Assembly: GCA_965112155.1 (NCBI GenBank)
Contig: OZ218102.1
Length of the DNA stretch: 64,000 nucleotides
Reading direction: 5' to 3' (one strand)
DNA from: Podarcis liolepis
Lineage: Eukaryota
The notes under the pieces are model-generated. The model saw only the letters and a program-made list of their open reading frames with translations, made no database searches and had not been told where the DNA came from. Shown piece after piece: positions 39,313 through 51,889 of this stretch. The translations under genes and the position numbers were made by a program. Every line of letters begins with the position of its first letter. The stretch's first letter is position 1.

Positions 39313-41780
39313 TATTGCAAAATTTTTGAAGAAGTGGAAAAAGACCTTCTTTCTTAACTTGGATGTCTGCTGGATATGAGAGAAAGCAGTTTTCAAAGCA
39401 AGCAGACCTATAGCAAGAGCCAGCCAACCTAAAGCACACACCATGAGTCTAGACCTGCAATTACAACTTGCTCACACACGAAATTCAGTGTGCTGTACGT
39501 ATTTATATTTTGCAGCCTGAAACGCTCTGGGAATAGGGTCAGTTAGCAACATTTCCCACAGCAATAATCTTTCAGGCAGGCAAGTGGGCAAAACTGTGAG
39601 CCTTACAAAAGTTCTCAGGACCACGTAAAGAGGCACCCAGGCTCTGCACATTAACAAAAGGGAGCCTTAAAGATACAAGGAATTAAATAGGAACTCATTG
39701 GGGTGGAGGGTTATTTGGATGGCTAGATGGACAGATGGGGAGATAGCTGTTACAGAGAGATGAAAAGAAAAGTAGTGTGGAGATGGATGTATGGGTGAAT
39801 GGGCAGACAGATGGTTAAGAAAAGGGTACTGATTAGTTCTTATGAACCTGAGAAAGGCATCCAAGTTTGTTTCTGTTAAGAAATGCTTAATTAGACTAAT
39901 TAAAGAGAAGAGAATTGACATAAATACTATTTTTTGTGAACTTGGAGTATGCAAATTTCTCCATCATTTGTCATTACTTGGAGTCTGCTCCCCCCCCCCT
40001 CACTCTTTCATGCGTGATTTTACTAAAGCCCCATGTAGATTCTGAATGCACACTCCCATTCAAAGTTGGTGTATGGAGATACAGCTGCCTATAATAACAC
40101 ACTTTCCCCGTTATTGTCTGCTTAGGCAGTAACTCTTGCAGTTAGAAATATATTGCATTTTTAGGTCAGCGGCGGCACAAAAATAGAGAGGCCAGCAAAA
40201 CTAAATTGTTAAGCATCAATGACTGAGTCAGTGCCAAATCTGCACAATCTATTCTGCCTGTGCATTCCCATTAACCTCCCTTTAAATGCCTCTAGTGCTT
40301 GGCACCCCATTTCAACCTGCTTAAACAAGTGGTGAATGCTAACACCTTGCATCTAACTGCCAAATATTTATTTTATGTTTGTGGTCTTTCAAATATTGTT
40401 CGCATCCATAATGCACTGAAAGCAAATGCGCTTCAGTTGGATAATTACAGAGCATGTCTGAATACAATGCAAATATATCAACTCTTAATAATCATGGCTT
40501 TCTGGCAGAAATAGGAAAGGAGAGATGAGTGGATACACAGATGGGGAATAGAGTGACTGACAGGCAGGACAAAAAAGGAGCATAGGAAACAACACCTAAC
40601 AGAATAATAAAGCAAGAGAAATTTGTAGGAGGAGGAGGATGGGCTGAGTAGAGTTGAATGGAGCTCTGGGGAATCAAAGCTGAGACAATAGACCAAAGGA
40701 GTGTTTGACCTGCTCTTGCCGAGGCCACCTTGAGGCCCCTCGCTGTCCAAGGAGAGGCAGCCACAGATGGGCAGAAGAGCAGATGGGCAGGTGGGCACAT
40801 GTCAAAATGGAGGGAGAGAGGAGCAGCAAGCAGACATATCAGACAAAAGAGTATAGATACAAGTAGTCGGTTGGATTGGACTTGATTAGAGATAGAAACG
40901 ACATCCAGGCACAAACCTAACATGACAACCTGACAGAGTTCTTATTCCCCGGAGATGTGACGCTAAAATATTTACGCCAGGTTTCTGTTGTGAACTCTCC
41001 CAGCGGGGTGGAGTTAACAAAGACTTTCCATTTTACGTGTTTCATACAAAGCAGAAATTACCATTCCCTTTCTGTAACGAAACCAAACAGATTGTCATCT
41101 ATTGTTGCCTTCTACTGTCAATTCTTCCCTTCATTAAGCTTTAGGCCAGGGTCACCACCTGGTTGCTGTCCCTTCCCCACCCTTCTTCTTAACCTCACAT
41201 AGAGAACACAGGCGCACGTGCTCACACCCTCCACAGATCCACCACCATCTGGCTACCTACTCCACTTCCCCTATTTGTGCCCCCCCTTTCCTTCCAATAC
41301 AGGTCACATTCAGTAATATTTTTCTCTAGGATTTGTTCCTGGTAACTAAACATGACTCTGCAGGGGGGGGGGGGGATTAATGTCTAAAGAGATAAACTCC
41401 AAAGACAATTAAGCGCCTTTCTATGTATCGTTGCTGTTGTTGCTTAGTGCAATGTTTCCCAAATTTTCCAACTGTGGTCTCCTTCTGACCTTGTTTCCTT
41501 CCTGTGCCCCCCCCCCGGCATAGCCAAGGAGGGCAGATGCGCCCCAATAAGTAACAAATCAATACATATCTGAGTCTCTGTCCCCCCAGCAAAAGCCTGC
41601 CCCCCTAACAAAAATCTTGGCTACACCTATGTCGTCGTCCCCGTCCTACCAGTAGAAAGGTAGCTATTTAAATGTTTTATTTTCTTTGTAAATAGAACAT
41701 GTTTTGTTTACCATTTTTATAATTTATACACAATTCATAAAATGATCAGAACATAATGAAATATTGTTGAAGCAGAAAAA

Positions 41781-42090
41781 CATAGAATCATGGAGCTGGA
41801 AGGGACCCCACGGGTCATGTCTAGTGTGGTGTTTCTCAACCTGTGGGTCCCCAGATGTTGTTGGACTACAACTCCCATCATTCCTAGCCAGCATGACCAG
41901 TGGTCAGGGATGATGGGAGTTGTAGTCCAACAATATCTGGGGAGCCACAGGTTGAGAACCGCTGGTCTAGTGCAACCCCCTGCAATGTAGGAAACTCAGC
42001 TAAAGCATCCATGACAGATGGCCATCCAACCTCTGCTTATAAAGCTCCAAGGAAGGAGAGTCCTAAACCTCCCAAGGGAGATCCATCTGC
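41781..42090 (-). mobile_element. CR1 LINE 3' end, split by a MITE at 41827-41964
   Basis: catagaatca...ggaagggacccc...ctagt|...caaccccctgcaatg...gatggccatccaacctctgctt. Confidence 0.75.
41827..41964. mobile_element. Palindromic hAT (Charlie-like) MITE, 138 bp, with 8-bp target duplication
   Basis: GTCTAGTG at 41819-41826 and 41965-41972, resembling the NTCTAGAN Charlie target. About 50-bp near-perfect inverted arms. Confidence 0.9.
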
Positions 42091-42826
42091 CACTTCCCTC
42101 TGTGGCCCCCTAGCCTCGTGCTGTGCCCCCCCCCCATTTATGTGATTTTCATCTGCAGCCCCTTTGGAATATCCTGCCCCCCCCATGGGGCCGTATGGCC
42201 CCCCGGTTGGGAAACACTGGTTTAGTGCACCATCTGCACAGTCGTTACTCGGCTAAAAAGTGGATCCAGATTACAACTTCCCTCGAGGTAGTGCTCCCAC
42301 TGTATGAATCATGACACCACCACTCAAATTGCAGTAGCATGCTGTTTGGGAAGATGGGATTCTTCCAACAGTTGGTACTTCCTTTGCGGTTGTGAACACA
42401 GAGAGTAATGTGATGGTGAGAGTGACTTAGACAGCACGGGAGGCCCTGATGGTGGTGCCACCAGTGCTTCTGCCACCTCCTGCCATGCACCAACCATCAT
42501 TAGTAAGCACACCAGATGGTAGCAATGGAGTTGGGGAGTACTGAATGGCACTATGCTCTCAAACAGTGACAGCTATGCCATTGTTTTATCCAGTTACAAG
42601 AAACCCTGGCTGCAGGTATGACCCAGAACCATTTAAAAAGGATGGAGGTCAGAAGGGCAAGTGGCAAAAGCAACATATATTTATGGAACCCGGCTGCAAA
42701 ACTTGAACAATGTCAAGTCAACGATGGCAGAGGAAATGCAGTATCTGAAAGCAATCTAGATTTTCTTCTCTGTGCATATCAAGAAAACCAGACATGAGGT
42801 CTCTGAGCTGCTGTTGTGGCACTTAC

Positions 42827-43162
42827 CAGCTTGGTTGGTGGTGATGTTCACGGAGACATGCTGCGGTGGGAATGGGCTTTTGTTGGAAACTCCATTGACA
42901 GCCTGGATCTCGAAGGTATATGGCGTATGGGCCCACAGGTTGCTGATGAAGACCCGGGTTTCCGTGAGGCCCAGCTGCCTTGGCACAAACTCCACATTGT
43001 CATCACAGCGGGAGCAGCTACGGCGGTCCGACCGACACTTCTTGCAGACAATGTTGTAGGTCACATCATCACGACCTCCCGTCTCCCGGGGTGGGTGCCA
43101 TTCTAGTATAATTGATGTTTCATTGACAATAGAGATCACGTTGCGAGGCCCTGAAGGAACAC
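42827..43162 (-). CDS. EPHB1: EPHB1 exon ~5 (336 nt), first FN3 domain VPSGPRNVISIVNETSIILEWHPPRETGGRDD...VNITTNQA
   Basis: Acceptor tttttaacag|GT, donor GCTG|gtaagt, FN3 motifs LEWHPP and YTFEIQAVNGVS. Confidence 0.96.
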
Positions 43163-46100
43163 CTGTTAAAAAGCAATTTGCAGATAAAGGCTATGCAACT
43201 AAATGCCTGATCATGGTACGATGTATACTTTTGCTGAGATGTAGAGATTAGTGAATTCAGACTCACCAGAGCTGGATGAATGCATGCCTCATGATTTTCC
43301 ATTGTGGTGCTTTCGTTGAGGACCCTTAGACCAAGAAGGCTCTCCACCCCACTCCTAATGATCTTGAACATCTCCCCCACAACATGGCATGAACTTGTTA
43401 ATCACTTTAGGACTCTTTGTTGTGGGAAATGATACATGAATTCAATAAACCTTACCAAATCTCTCTCTCCTCCACCCCCAAATCCTCCGATTGGCATGTT
43501 GGGCTCCCACAGAACCTCCCTGATTACTTTAAATGTAGAACAATATCCCTTCAGTCAGATTACTTAGTAATGATCCCTCTTTTGGCTCAGATACCAGACT
43601 AACACATTTGGAAGTTTCTCCCTGCTTGGTTAGGCTAATGTGTGGAGTGGACAGAGTAGTGGGAAAGTTGTGTCCCTTCTTGGTTAATTCTTGTTTGCTC
43701 TTCAGACACCTTCATCTTCTCTTCTCTGCTTAGGTTAGCTTTAGTCTCTATTATTTAAATTGCTGCTGGGGTTAAGATAGATGGCCTTTTGTCCCTTCCA
43801 CAGTATTTCTACAAAATTATAGCACTCAGCTGTCCTGCTCTGTAAAATGAATCTTACATGTGGCTCTATTTTTAAAGCTGTCACACTTTCCCTCCTTAGT
43901 ATTATGAGTCCCACCAGTTCACTAAAGGTTTATGGGCTGTTGGACTTGGCCATAGTTGCCAGAGGCTATCAAGTCACACAGCACAGTCCTCTCAGCTCTA
44001 TGAGGTCCTTGATTTGTTTTAATGGTCCATCTGACAACCAGCTTCCAGCTGAGATCTCTTGAGTCCCCAAATATTGCTGACTTCACCCATATAAATCCTG
44101 CTTTATATATACACACAGGGCTGGCCAGGATGAGGCTCATGAGCCACATAAGTTACTCTGGTAGCAAATATTCAAGAAACTGGATAGAAAATAGTCACAA
44201 TACCCTTTCTAAAGAGAGAAAGGAGAGTGTGTACTTAGAGTTCAAGAGTTTTCTCCTTCCCCAACTCTGCTCCCAGTCACATACTGGAGCTGAAGCTATA
44301 CCAAAAGACCAACAGTGGCATGTTGCTAACAGCAGCAAGATCTGTCACTGGATCAGTTGGTAAGAACGGGACAAAAGGATAAAGAAAATGGAGCTGTGGA
44401 ATGGCTGTTGGTCGGTGAGTGGGTGAAACCCACGTCTCCTTCTCTAGTCTTTATAAATGCCTAGTGTTCCACTCAGACAACACAAACCAGAAACACATAT
44501 TGTATCCCTGCAAATAAGGTGTCTCTGGTTGTTTGTTCCTTATTTGCCATGCACTGTTCCTCATTTCAATGTGGGAGAAGCTGCTATAAGACTATGAGGA
44601 GCAAATCAGTGACAGGTATTGAAAGATTTGGTGCAGGCAATTCACAACGGGCCCTCGGCTGGTATAATGTCCACTCTTTGCCCACGCCAACCATCTAGCA
44701 GAGTAATACAAGGCAGCCTTTATTTTCTGACATTTCCAAGCACTGCTTCCCTCCACCCCCATTTCCAAATCTTGGTCCTGACATTTTGTGAACCGAAAAA
44801 ATCTGGTCTACTTCCATTGCAACATCAACCCATCCTCATTGAAGCTGAGTTGATAGTACCACTAAGTTGCAATGAGAATTCAAGCTACAAGTTTATACAT
44901 CTGGAAATCTACACACAACCACATGCTATTGAACACTCACATTTGGGGGGGTGGGAGAACAGAGGTGACACAGTATTTTATTTTAAGAATTTCTTGAAAG
45001 ATATAGTTAGGGCTCAGAAACGCACACATGATATAAAAACAGACAGACTAGCAGAAAATGTCAGAAGCAGAGAGCAGTTATTAATGGTTCAATATGTCAG
45101 GCTGAAAGGATGGGTATTTAGTGGGGTCCTACAAGGGTCTCCTTCTGTGTCTGCTCTTTATGCAGTTATTATTTATTAGCAACTTGGACGCCACAGTTCA
45201 GAGTACGTATATTAAATCTGCAGGCAGCACCATTCTGAGAAGGAGAATGGTGGCTTTGCAGGGGCGGGGGAATTAAGTGCAACTCTGTTTTTATACGTTG
45301 AGGAAATGGGGTTGGAATCAATTAATGGAGATTCAATAAGAACAAATACAGTGTGGAAAGAGTAATCAAAGACACACATATATAACAGGGGAATGCTGAT
45401 CAGGCAGTTGTGCCACAGAGAAAACTCTCTGGGCTGTAAGGAATGACAAATAAAATGAGTCAACACTGTGGCCATGCTGCAGGCAAAGCAAACAGCATAA
45501 TGGGCCAAGCTCTATTAAACAAACACTGTAATTATTCAGTCTGATCAGTGCTACTATTTTCTAAACCAGAGAACTGAATTCAGACTTGGGCAGACTTGCC
45601 ACAAAAATTCTCATAACAAAAACTGGAACTTAATGTTGGAGTTCTAACAATTCATGCTTTGGGCAAGCCCTGGACAAGGAAGTTTCATGGTTGTCATGAT
45701 TACATCTATGAGCGTTACACATTATTGCAACATCCATATTTATTTTCAAACTCAAAGCTCAACACCACCGATATTCCTATAATATTTTAATTCACTTGGA
45801 CAAAATCATCCCCCAGAAATTGCACAGAATCCTGTGATATCACTTTTTCCTGCCAATGTGGCATTTGCTTCTGTGCAAATGCTTTTGCTCCATCCACTCA
45901 TGCAGTTGGACTTCACCTTCTCCTCTCTTTGTGTGTCCCAAAAATCTGTTCTGGAGGGTCCCCTACTCTCTGGGGCAGTTTGGGAGGGTCCATGGGTAGC
46001 TGGAGAGGAGAGGAGAGGAGAGGGAAAGCTGTGGTGTGAGTGGAAGTTTGTGGTGTGAGGAGAATGGTAGCTTTGGCTACATCCTTCTCAGTTCACTTGT

Positions 46101-46874
46101 GCAGTATATTATGGCTCTGGGTGAAAAGACGTTCACGTGAATGACTTGTTTGCACAAATGAGAAACTGCAGACCTCACGATTCACTGCATAACAAGTGCA
46201 ATGCATGTACAAAATAAAAATGGAGTTTTGCATTAATCTGTCCAATCAAAAACTAATTTATGGAATAGTAGTGGCTGAATGATTTCCTAAGGAAATCACT
46301 TTGGTGGGGTGGAAATGGTTAGGGAGGATGGAGCTGATAATAAAAATTATCTTGTAAGATTGACACCATAGGATTGAGGCCTTACTTAACAATAACGAAA
46401 GGGGAGGGGACTTCAGAGATGCACAGAAAACAATTTATTGTCCAATGCATTTTGAGTGTTGCACTTTTCCTCAAGAGCAAATCTGATTCAGTTTTTTCAG
46501 AAAGCAATCAAGATTTTCTTCTATACATTTTTGAAGACTCTTTCTGTTCTGCTCCTGCATCTGGTGTCCTTCCACGCCTGTAGAATTGCAGACACTGTGA
46601 GAAATGTGTAAGCAGGTAATGCAGCAGAAGCGGAAGCTGGGATTGCAACTTAAAAGAGCCACACTTGGTGAAAATGAAGCTGACCCACTATCAGGTGAGA
46701 AAAATATTTTTTTGTAGGAGGTTATGAGAAATACATATTGAAAATGGCAAGTGCAAACTCACAGAGTCCAAGCTAATCAGAATATGATACATCTGCACAG
46801 ATCTTTTACCCTTCTTCATCAACACTCCATCACTGTACCCAAACAATGCTTGAGGATCTCTATAGCCTCCTTAG

Positions 46875-47130
46875 CATCAGTTGAAAAAGAAAGATAAGAG
46901 TTGGGTGTCATCAACATATTGATCACAGCTGAACACAAAATCCCAGGTGACCTCTCCAATGAATGTTTTGTAGTTATTAAATAACAAGGGGGTCAAGACT
47001 GACCACCTTCTTGGAAAGTCCAACCATACAGAGCCACTGCAACATGTCTCCCAAACCCACACTAGCCAGATGTCCTCAAAAGACACTACGGTCAATCATA
47101 TTGAAGGTTGCCAACAGGTGCAAAAGAACT
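46875..47130 (-). mobile_element. L2-like LINE reverse transcriptase fragment
   Basis: ORF 46877-47095 reads SVLTPLLFNNY...QYVDDTQL, a decayed form of the RT motifs PLLFNIY and QYADDTQL. Confidence 0.75.
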
Positions 47131-47554
47131 AATATGGATATAGTTAGAAAGTAGTTAGCTTCAATCCTCTAAGCATCTTTTACTGATCCTCAGGTTGGAC
47201 GAGCTGAAATTTATGTATCCAAATAGTCCAAACAGATATCTCAGCCACAGCCATAGATCCTGCAAGGGACATTACTAGCAAAGTGGTCTGCAAACTGGCC
47301 CCAGCCATCTACCAAGCGTTCTTCTACATTACTTTTGGGACTAGCACTTGGAAGTGCTTGGAACTGCTGTGCTGTGCTGACAGGATGGTGGGGGAGAAGT
47401 ACACTGATCAGGGGTTACCATTAAGAGGCTGGCATTTCAGCACCCCACTTAGCAGAAAATGAATCCAGGGAAGTTCTGCTGAATCTGTCACAACCTACCT
47501 CTGCTCAAGCCCTTGAGGAGTTTTCAGCTGCTGTCCCCATTCCAAACTACCGGC

Positions 47555-47560
<6 letters not shown>

Positions 47561-47608
<48 letters not shown>
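47561..47608. repeat. (TC)n microsatellite
   Basis: Read directly. Confidence 0.95.
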
Positions 47609-48191
47609 CCTCCTTTTCTTCATAATTACATTCAGAGAGGCACTTTGAGAGAGAGCTTCTCTGATCTGTTACTATGGTTACTGCAGATGAAAGCATTTTG
47701 TTAAAATTGCTAGAAAAATGCTATCCTTTAACGAAAATTCCATTTCATTTAATTTTTTCCCGTCAGCACAGTTAAAGTATTTGTCATGAGCCATCTAGCA
47801 GCAAAGACTTTGCTGTGTACACAGTGGAAATGTGATGTGCTGAATGTGATGTACTGAAGTGATGCTGCACTTCAAAGTGTTCCCTTGTGTGGGTCATCAA
47901 TATATAGGGATACACACAAAATGCAAGGCCATTCAAGTTGCATTCTAATTGTTTTACCCTAGGTCAATGAGTTCACATTTCATCAATACATAAACAAACA
48001 TGAAGGCTCTGTCAAAATATAGCCAAGCTCTCTATTTCTTCCATCATTTTTCTTGCTATCTCCAATTCTTCCCTCTCAACCTTAATGCGATTCTACTGCT
48101 GCTTTCCTGAAATTGCTGCTTCAGTAAGCCACACTTTGTAGCAATGTCTATTATCCATGATAGAATAGGGTGCCACAATTCTCACTGGCAC

Positions 48192-48629
48192 CAGTGGCGT
48201 AGCGTGGGGGGTGCAGGGGGGGCCGGCTGCACCGGGCGCAACATCTGGGGGGGGGCGCTCGCACTCACAGCTCTCTGCCCCTACCTGGCTCACTCACTCT
48301 CTCACACTGCAGTGCTGGCTGTGCGAATCCAATCTGAGCTGCTGTGTTGCCGCCCACTGTGGAGGGGGTGGGTGCCAGGCGTGCGGTGCAGAGAGAGAGC
48401 GAGGGACTATCTGGGGGAGGTGCAGCGGCCACCCAGCGCAGCGCTGAACGCGGGAGAGAACCACACCAGACCAGACCAGGCAGCAGCAAGAAGAAGCTGG
48501 CAGCAGCGGCAGGTTCGGGGGCGCAAATTACTTGCCTTGCCTCGGGTTAGGGGGCGCAAATTACTTGCCTTGCCCCGGGTTAGGGGGCGCAAATTACTTT
48601 CCTTGCTGACAACCCACGCTACGCCGCTG
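48192..48629. mobile_element. Young GC-rich non-autonomous hAT element, 438 bp
   Basis: Termini CAGTGGCGTAGCGTGGG / CCCACGCTACGCCGCTG (1 mismatch). Perfect 8-bp duplication ACTGGCAC at 48184-48191 and 48630-48637. Confidence 0.92.
48512..48606. repeat. Three tandem 33-bp units (GGTTAGGGGGCGCAAATTACTTGCCTTGCCCCG) inside the hAT element
   Basis: Units start at 48512, 48545 and 48578; the third is truncated. Confidence 0.93.
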
Positions 48630-48659
48630 ACTGGCACATCTTGTCTTGTCACTTCTAAA

Positions 48660-48870
48660 AGACCTACACTGGTTAGCTGTCCAGTTCTGAGTCCAATTCA
48701 AGGTGCTGCTAAAACCTTTAACAGCTTGGAACCCAAGTAACTGAAGATGCACACCTTATCCGTTATTTGAGAGCACCTGCCAAAGCACTCCTCTATACGC
48801 CGCCTTGTCCATCTGAGGTGAGATTGACATCAATGATGATGATGGAGGCTGACTAGGACGAAGGTCCAGG
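48660..48870 (+). mobile_element. L2-like LINE fragment
   Basis: tacactggtta...ccaattcaaggtgctg...aacagcttgg resembles the 29390-29700 fragment. Confidence 0.5.
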
Positions 48871-49789
48871 GAAGTGTTAAGCCAGTCCCATCTCCTAGTG
48901 GCCCAAAATCTGTCAGGCTCCCTTCACCCCACAAACTTGCCCTGATTCTGTAGGCAATGGATAGAAAGCAACTTGAAACCCTCTGCCACCTCCTCTCAAA
49001 ATTGAGCTCCCAACCCAATATATATATATGGGTATGTAGGTAGACTTTGCCTTCCCACAGATTAATAATGACTTGCTCTTAAGCCCCTTTTGCCCCAACC
49101 ACCCAACTCATCAAAACCATTTAGGGTACATACATTGGCCTTGTACTAATAAATATTGTTAGTAAATAAAATTATATTCTGCCTCAATTGCTTTTAAGCT
49201 CCCCCACCCCCAATATCCACTCTCCTTGTCTCCAGGACTTTGTGACATCATAGCCAGGTTAGTTAATGGCTGGGGGTGGGAATCTGGCTGGGCCATATCA
49301 CTTTCTGCTGCAACATTACAGGCTGCATCTTGAAAGCTTGATGGTACATAACACTTGCCTCTGTTGCCTGGTTTCAGAGATTCGATCTGAGACAGAGTTA
49401 TTAAAAGTGATGCCATCAATCACAGAGCAGAACCTTTTATCAGCTTGTTTGAGGGGTTAGTGGCAGACGTTTTGAGCAATAGATGTTATAGCTCCATTGC
49501 CTTCCTTAACTTAACCTGGGGTATAAAATCTGAGGGTAGATATATTGTACCTCTGATAATGGTCAGTAAGCTGAGATTTCCCACCTAATAAAAAGCAGTC
49601 AAACCATGTATCTTTCACAGGGAATCTGCTCATGCTGTTGTAAGGTACAGCCAGGCTCCAACTGGGAACCCTGTGGAGCTGGAACTGGCCGCCTGCATTC
49701 TGTACCAATGAGACTGCTGGTGAAAAGAGGGTCTCATAAGGGACTGAACTTGTGGGTCAGACAAACCTGGGTAAAAAGATATGTCTATA

Positions 49790-50365
49790 CCAGAGATAGA
49801 GAACCTTTTGGCACACCACTCTATGGGTCAACTTTGACAAGGGGTGGGGCAACCCACTTGTCAATCACATGACATCATTATCACACGACACAATGGACAG
49901 GTAGGTTTTCCTAGACAACTGTCAAAACCCCAACATGGGATGTGGAATGGGGAGGTGTGGGAAACGGCTTTTCAATCCTCCCTGCATTTCTCCTTCACAC
50001 CATGACCTCAGAGGTACAAAAGAGAAGAGCAGGGAAGATCACAAAGTGCTTTCCAAGTCTCCCATGTTGGAGCTGGAAAGGAGCTCTGTGGGACAGTTCC
50101 AAAGATCAGCACCCTTCTTGAGTAAGGAGTGTTCCCACCTCCTGCCAGCTGGTTGGAGGTTTGGGTCGTGCCTTGCTCCAGAAAGGAAGAATCAGGAGCC
50201 CAGCTTTAGTTGTTGTTTTTGCAGCTTCGCTCTTACTGACTGTACACAGCTGACATCATATATGACATCAGGTGCAGGGTGGGTGAACATGGCATCCCCT
50301 GGTGACCTTAATGGGGTGGCCTGGCAAGCTAAGTTTCACCTTCAGGTCAGAGGTTTTCCATCCTG
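49790..50365. mobile_element. Old hAT-like element (uncertain)
   Basis: Degenerate termini cagagatagagaacc ... ggttttccatcctg and internal gacatca repeats. Confidence 0.35.
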
Positions 50366-51531
50366 AGCTATAAAATATGCATGAAGTAACTGGTGGTTGC
50401 TGTTTCACATACGACAAAGGGAACGGCATTACATAGAAAAGAGCAACAGCAGACAATGCCTGTTTGGGGGTCATCACCCTAAGATGAGGTGAGGTACCAT
50501 GAACAGAATTTTCCCAGAGGTTCTAAGTATAGATAATTTGGTAAGAATCATGCCCCTCTTTACATTGAGATGTATTGTACATCTATTTAAATTAAAGCCA
50601 TTAGCTGTTTTTTTAAATTGCACCTATACATATAAATAAGCAGATGCAAAAGTAATGCAGATCTGTGTCTCCTTTCGCTCTCTTTTTGGGAATACATTTT
50701 CCCTTTTTCATTTCTCTGTAAATGGCCGCACGAGCCTCACATAAAAGTCTTCCCCATCATCTGCTTCTGAATCACTTTACTTGCCTTCAGCCTTCACTTT
50801 GGCCTTAAGTCATCAGTTTGTAAGTTTGTCTCTCCCACCCCCACCCCGCCTGAGGCATTTGCCCATCCCTTGGGGCTGGCAGTTAAAAATGAGACAGATG
50901 GGGAAATGTCCACAGGATTGGACTCATGCCTGGTAAATGGAGGAAAGGAAGAGGGGGCTTAATCACTATGCTTTCTAAATCCATCTCCCTTAAACCCTTT
51001 AAACTATCTACCAAAAAGGAACAACTACATATCAATACAACCCAAAGCAAATTTCACTACTGGAATTATAAAGCCCTGGGCGGGGAAGGTGATTTATAGT
51101 GGAGTTCTTGACACTATCTATCTTGTCTGCAGCAGTCATGCCTGGAACCACAGAAAAAGTAACAAATACATCTGATTTTACCAGAGGGATCTTGCAGCAG
51201 ACTGTCATCATCCCCACCCCCCAATCTCCTGTTCTTTGTCAACTCTTGATTTACTGGTGGAATGCTGTCCAGCATATGTCAGCACTACAGTTAAAGCACA
51301 GCCAGGGAGGAAGAGGGCAGCAATCTCACAGTACTTCCCTTTGGAGAAGCATTTTACCATATTTAACCCAGGTGGAATCATGGCCTTGAAGCATGTTAAG
51401 ACTCAGCCCCAGGATCTGTTTTCAATCCCATGTCTCAGCTCTGAAACATTTGAAGTTACATTTAAAATGCATCAGAGCACAAGCATAAAGCATTACACAG
51501 CAAGCAAAGCCTACTCCAAACATTCACCCCT

Positions 51532-51537
<6 letters not shown>

Positions 51538-51604
<67 letters not shown>
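51538..51604. repeat. Compound (TC)n(AC)n microsatellite
   Basis: About 16 TC units followed by 17 AC units. Confidence 0.95.
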
Positions 51605-51607
<3 letters not shown>

Positions 51608-51889
51608 AGATAAGCAGAATTGGTTCCCAGATCAGAAACTGAAGCTTTCAGGCACATTTTAACCCTGCAACTTTTAAGGCATCAATGCATCACTTGCATT
51701 ACTCTGGTGGATCAAATGGATGAGACCACAAGTGGGTCCATGAGTCAAGAAGGCGGTTTCTGCATGCGCTGTAGAGGAAAATAAGGGGCAGGTGGGGCTC
51801 ATTAACCTAGGAGAAGGAAAACTGATCTTACACCTCCACTGCTTTGTGGCTATACTCATTGGTGAGAAAGGCTTCAGTAATAAATGCTG

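Noticed and set aside
44619-45179. 186-aa + strand ORF (also the 183-aa ORF at 22700-23251 and the 148-aa ORF at 35593-36039)
   Set aside because: No recognisable domain, no supporting splice structure or true start context. ORFs of this length are expected by chance in 64 kb.
48512-48606. Regularly spaced ~33-bp repeats reminiscent of a CRISPR array
   Set aside because: Units are directly adjacent with no unique spacers, there are no cas genes, and the context is a vertebrate intron.
48144-48740. 198-aa ORF with repeated RVRGRKLLALP, the longest in the track
   Set aside because: It spans a GC-rich non-autonomous hAT element. The peptide repeat is simply the 33-bp DNA repeat, with no transposase motifs.
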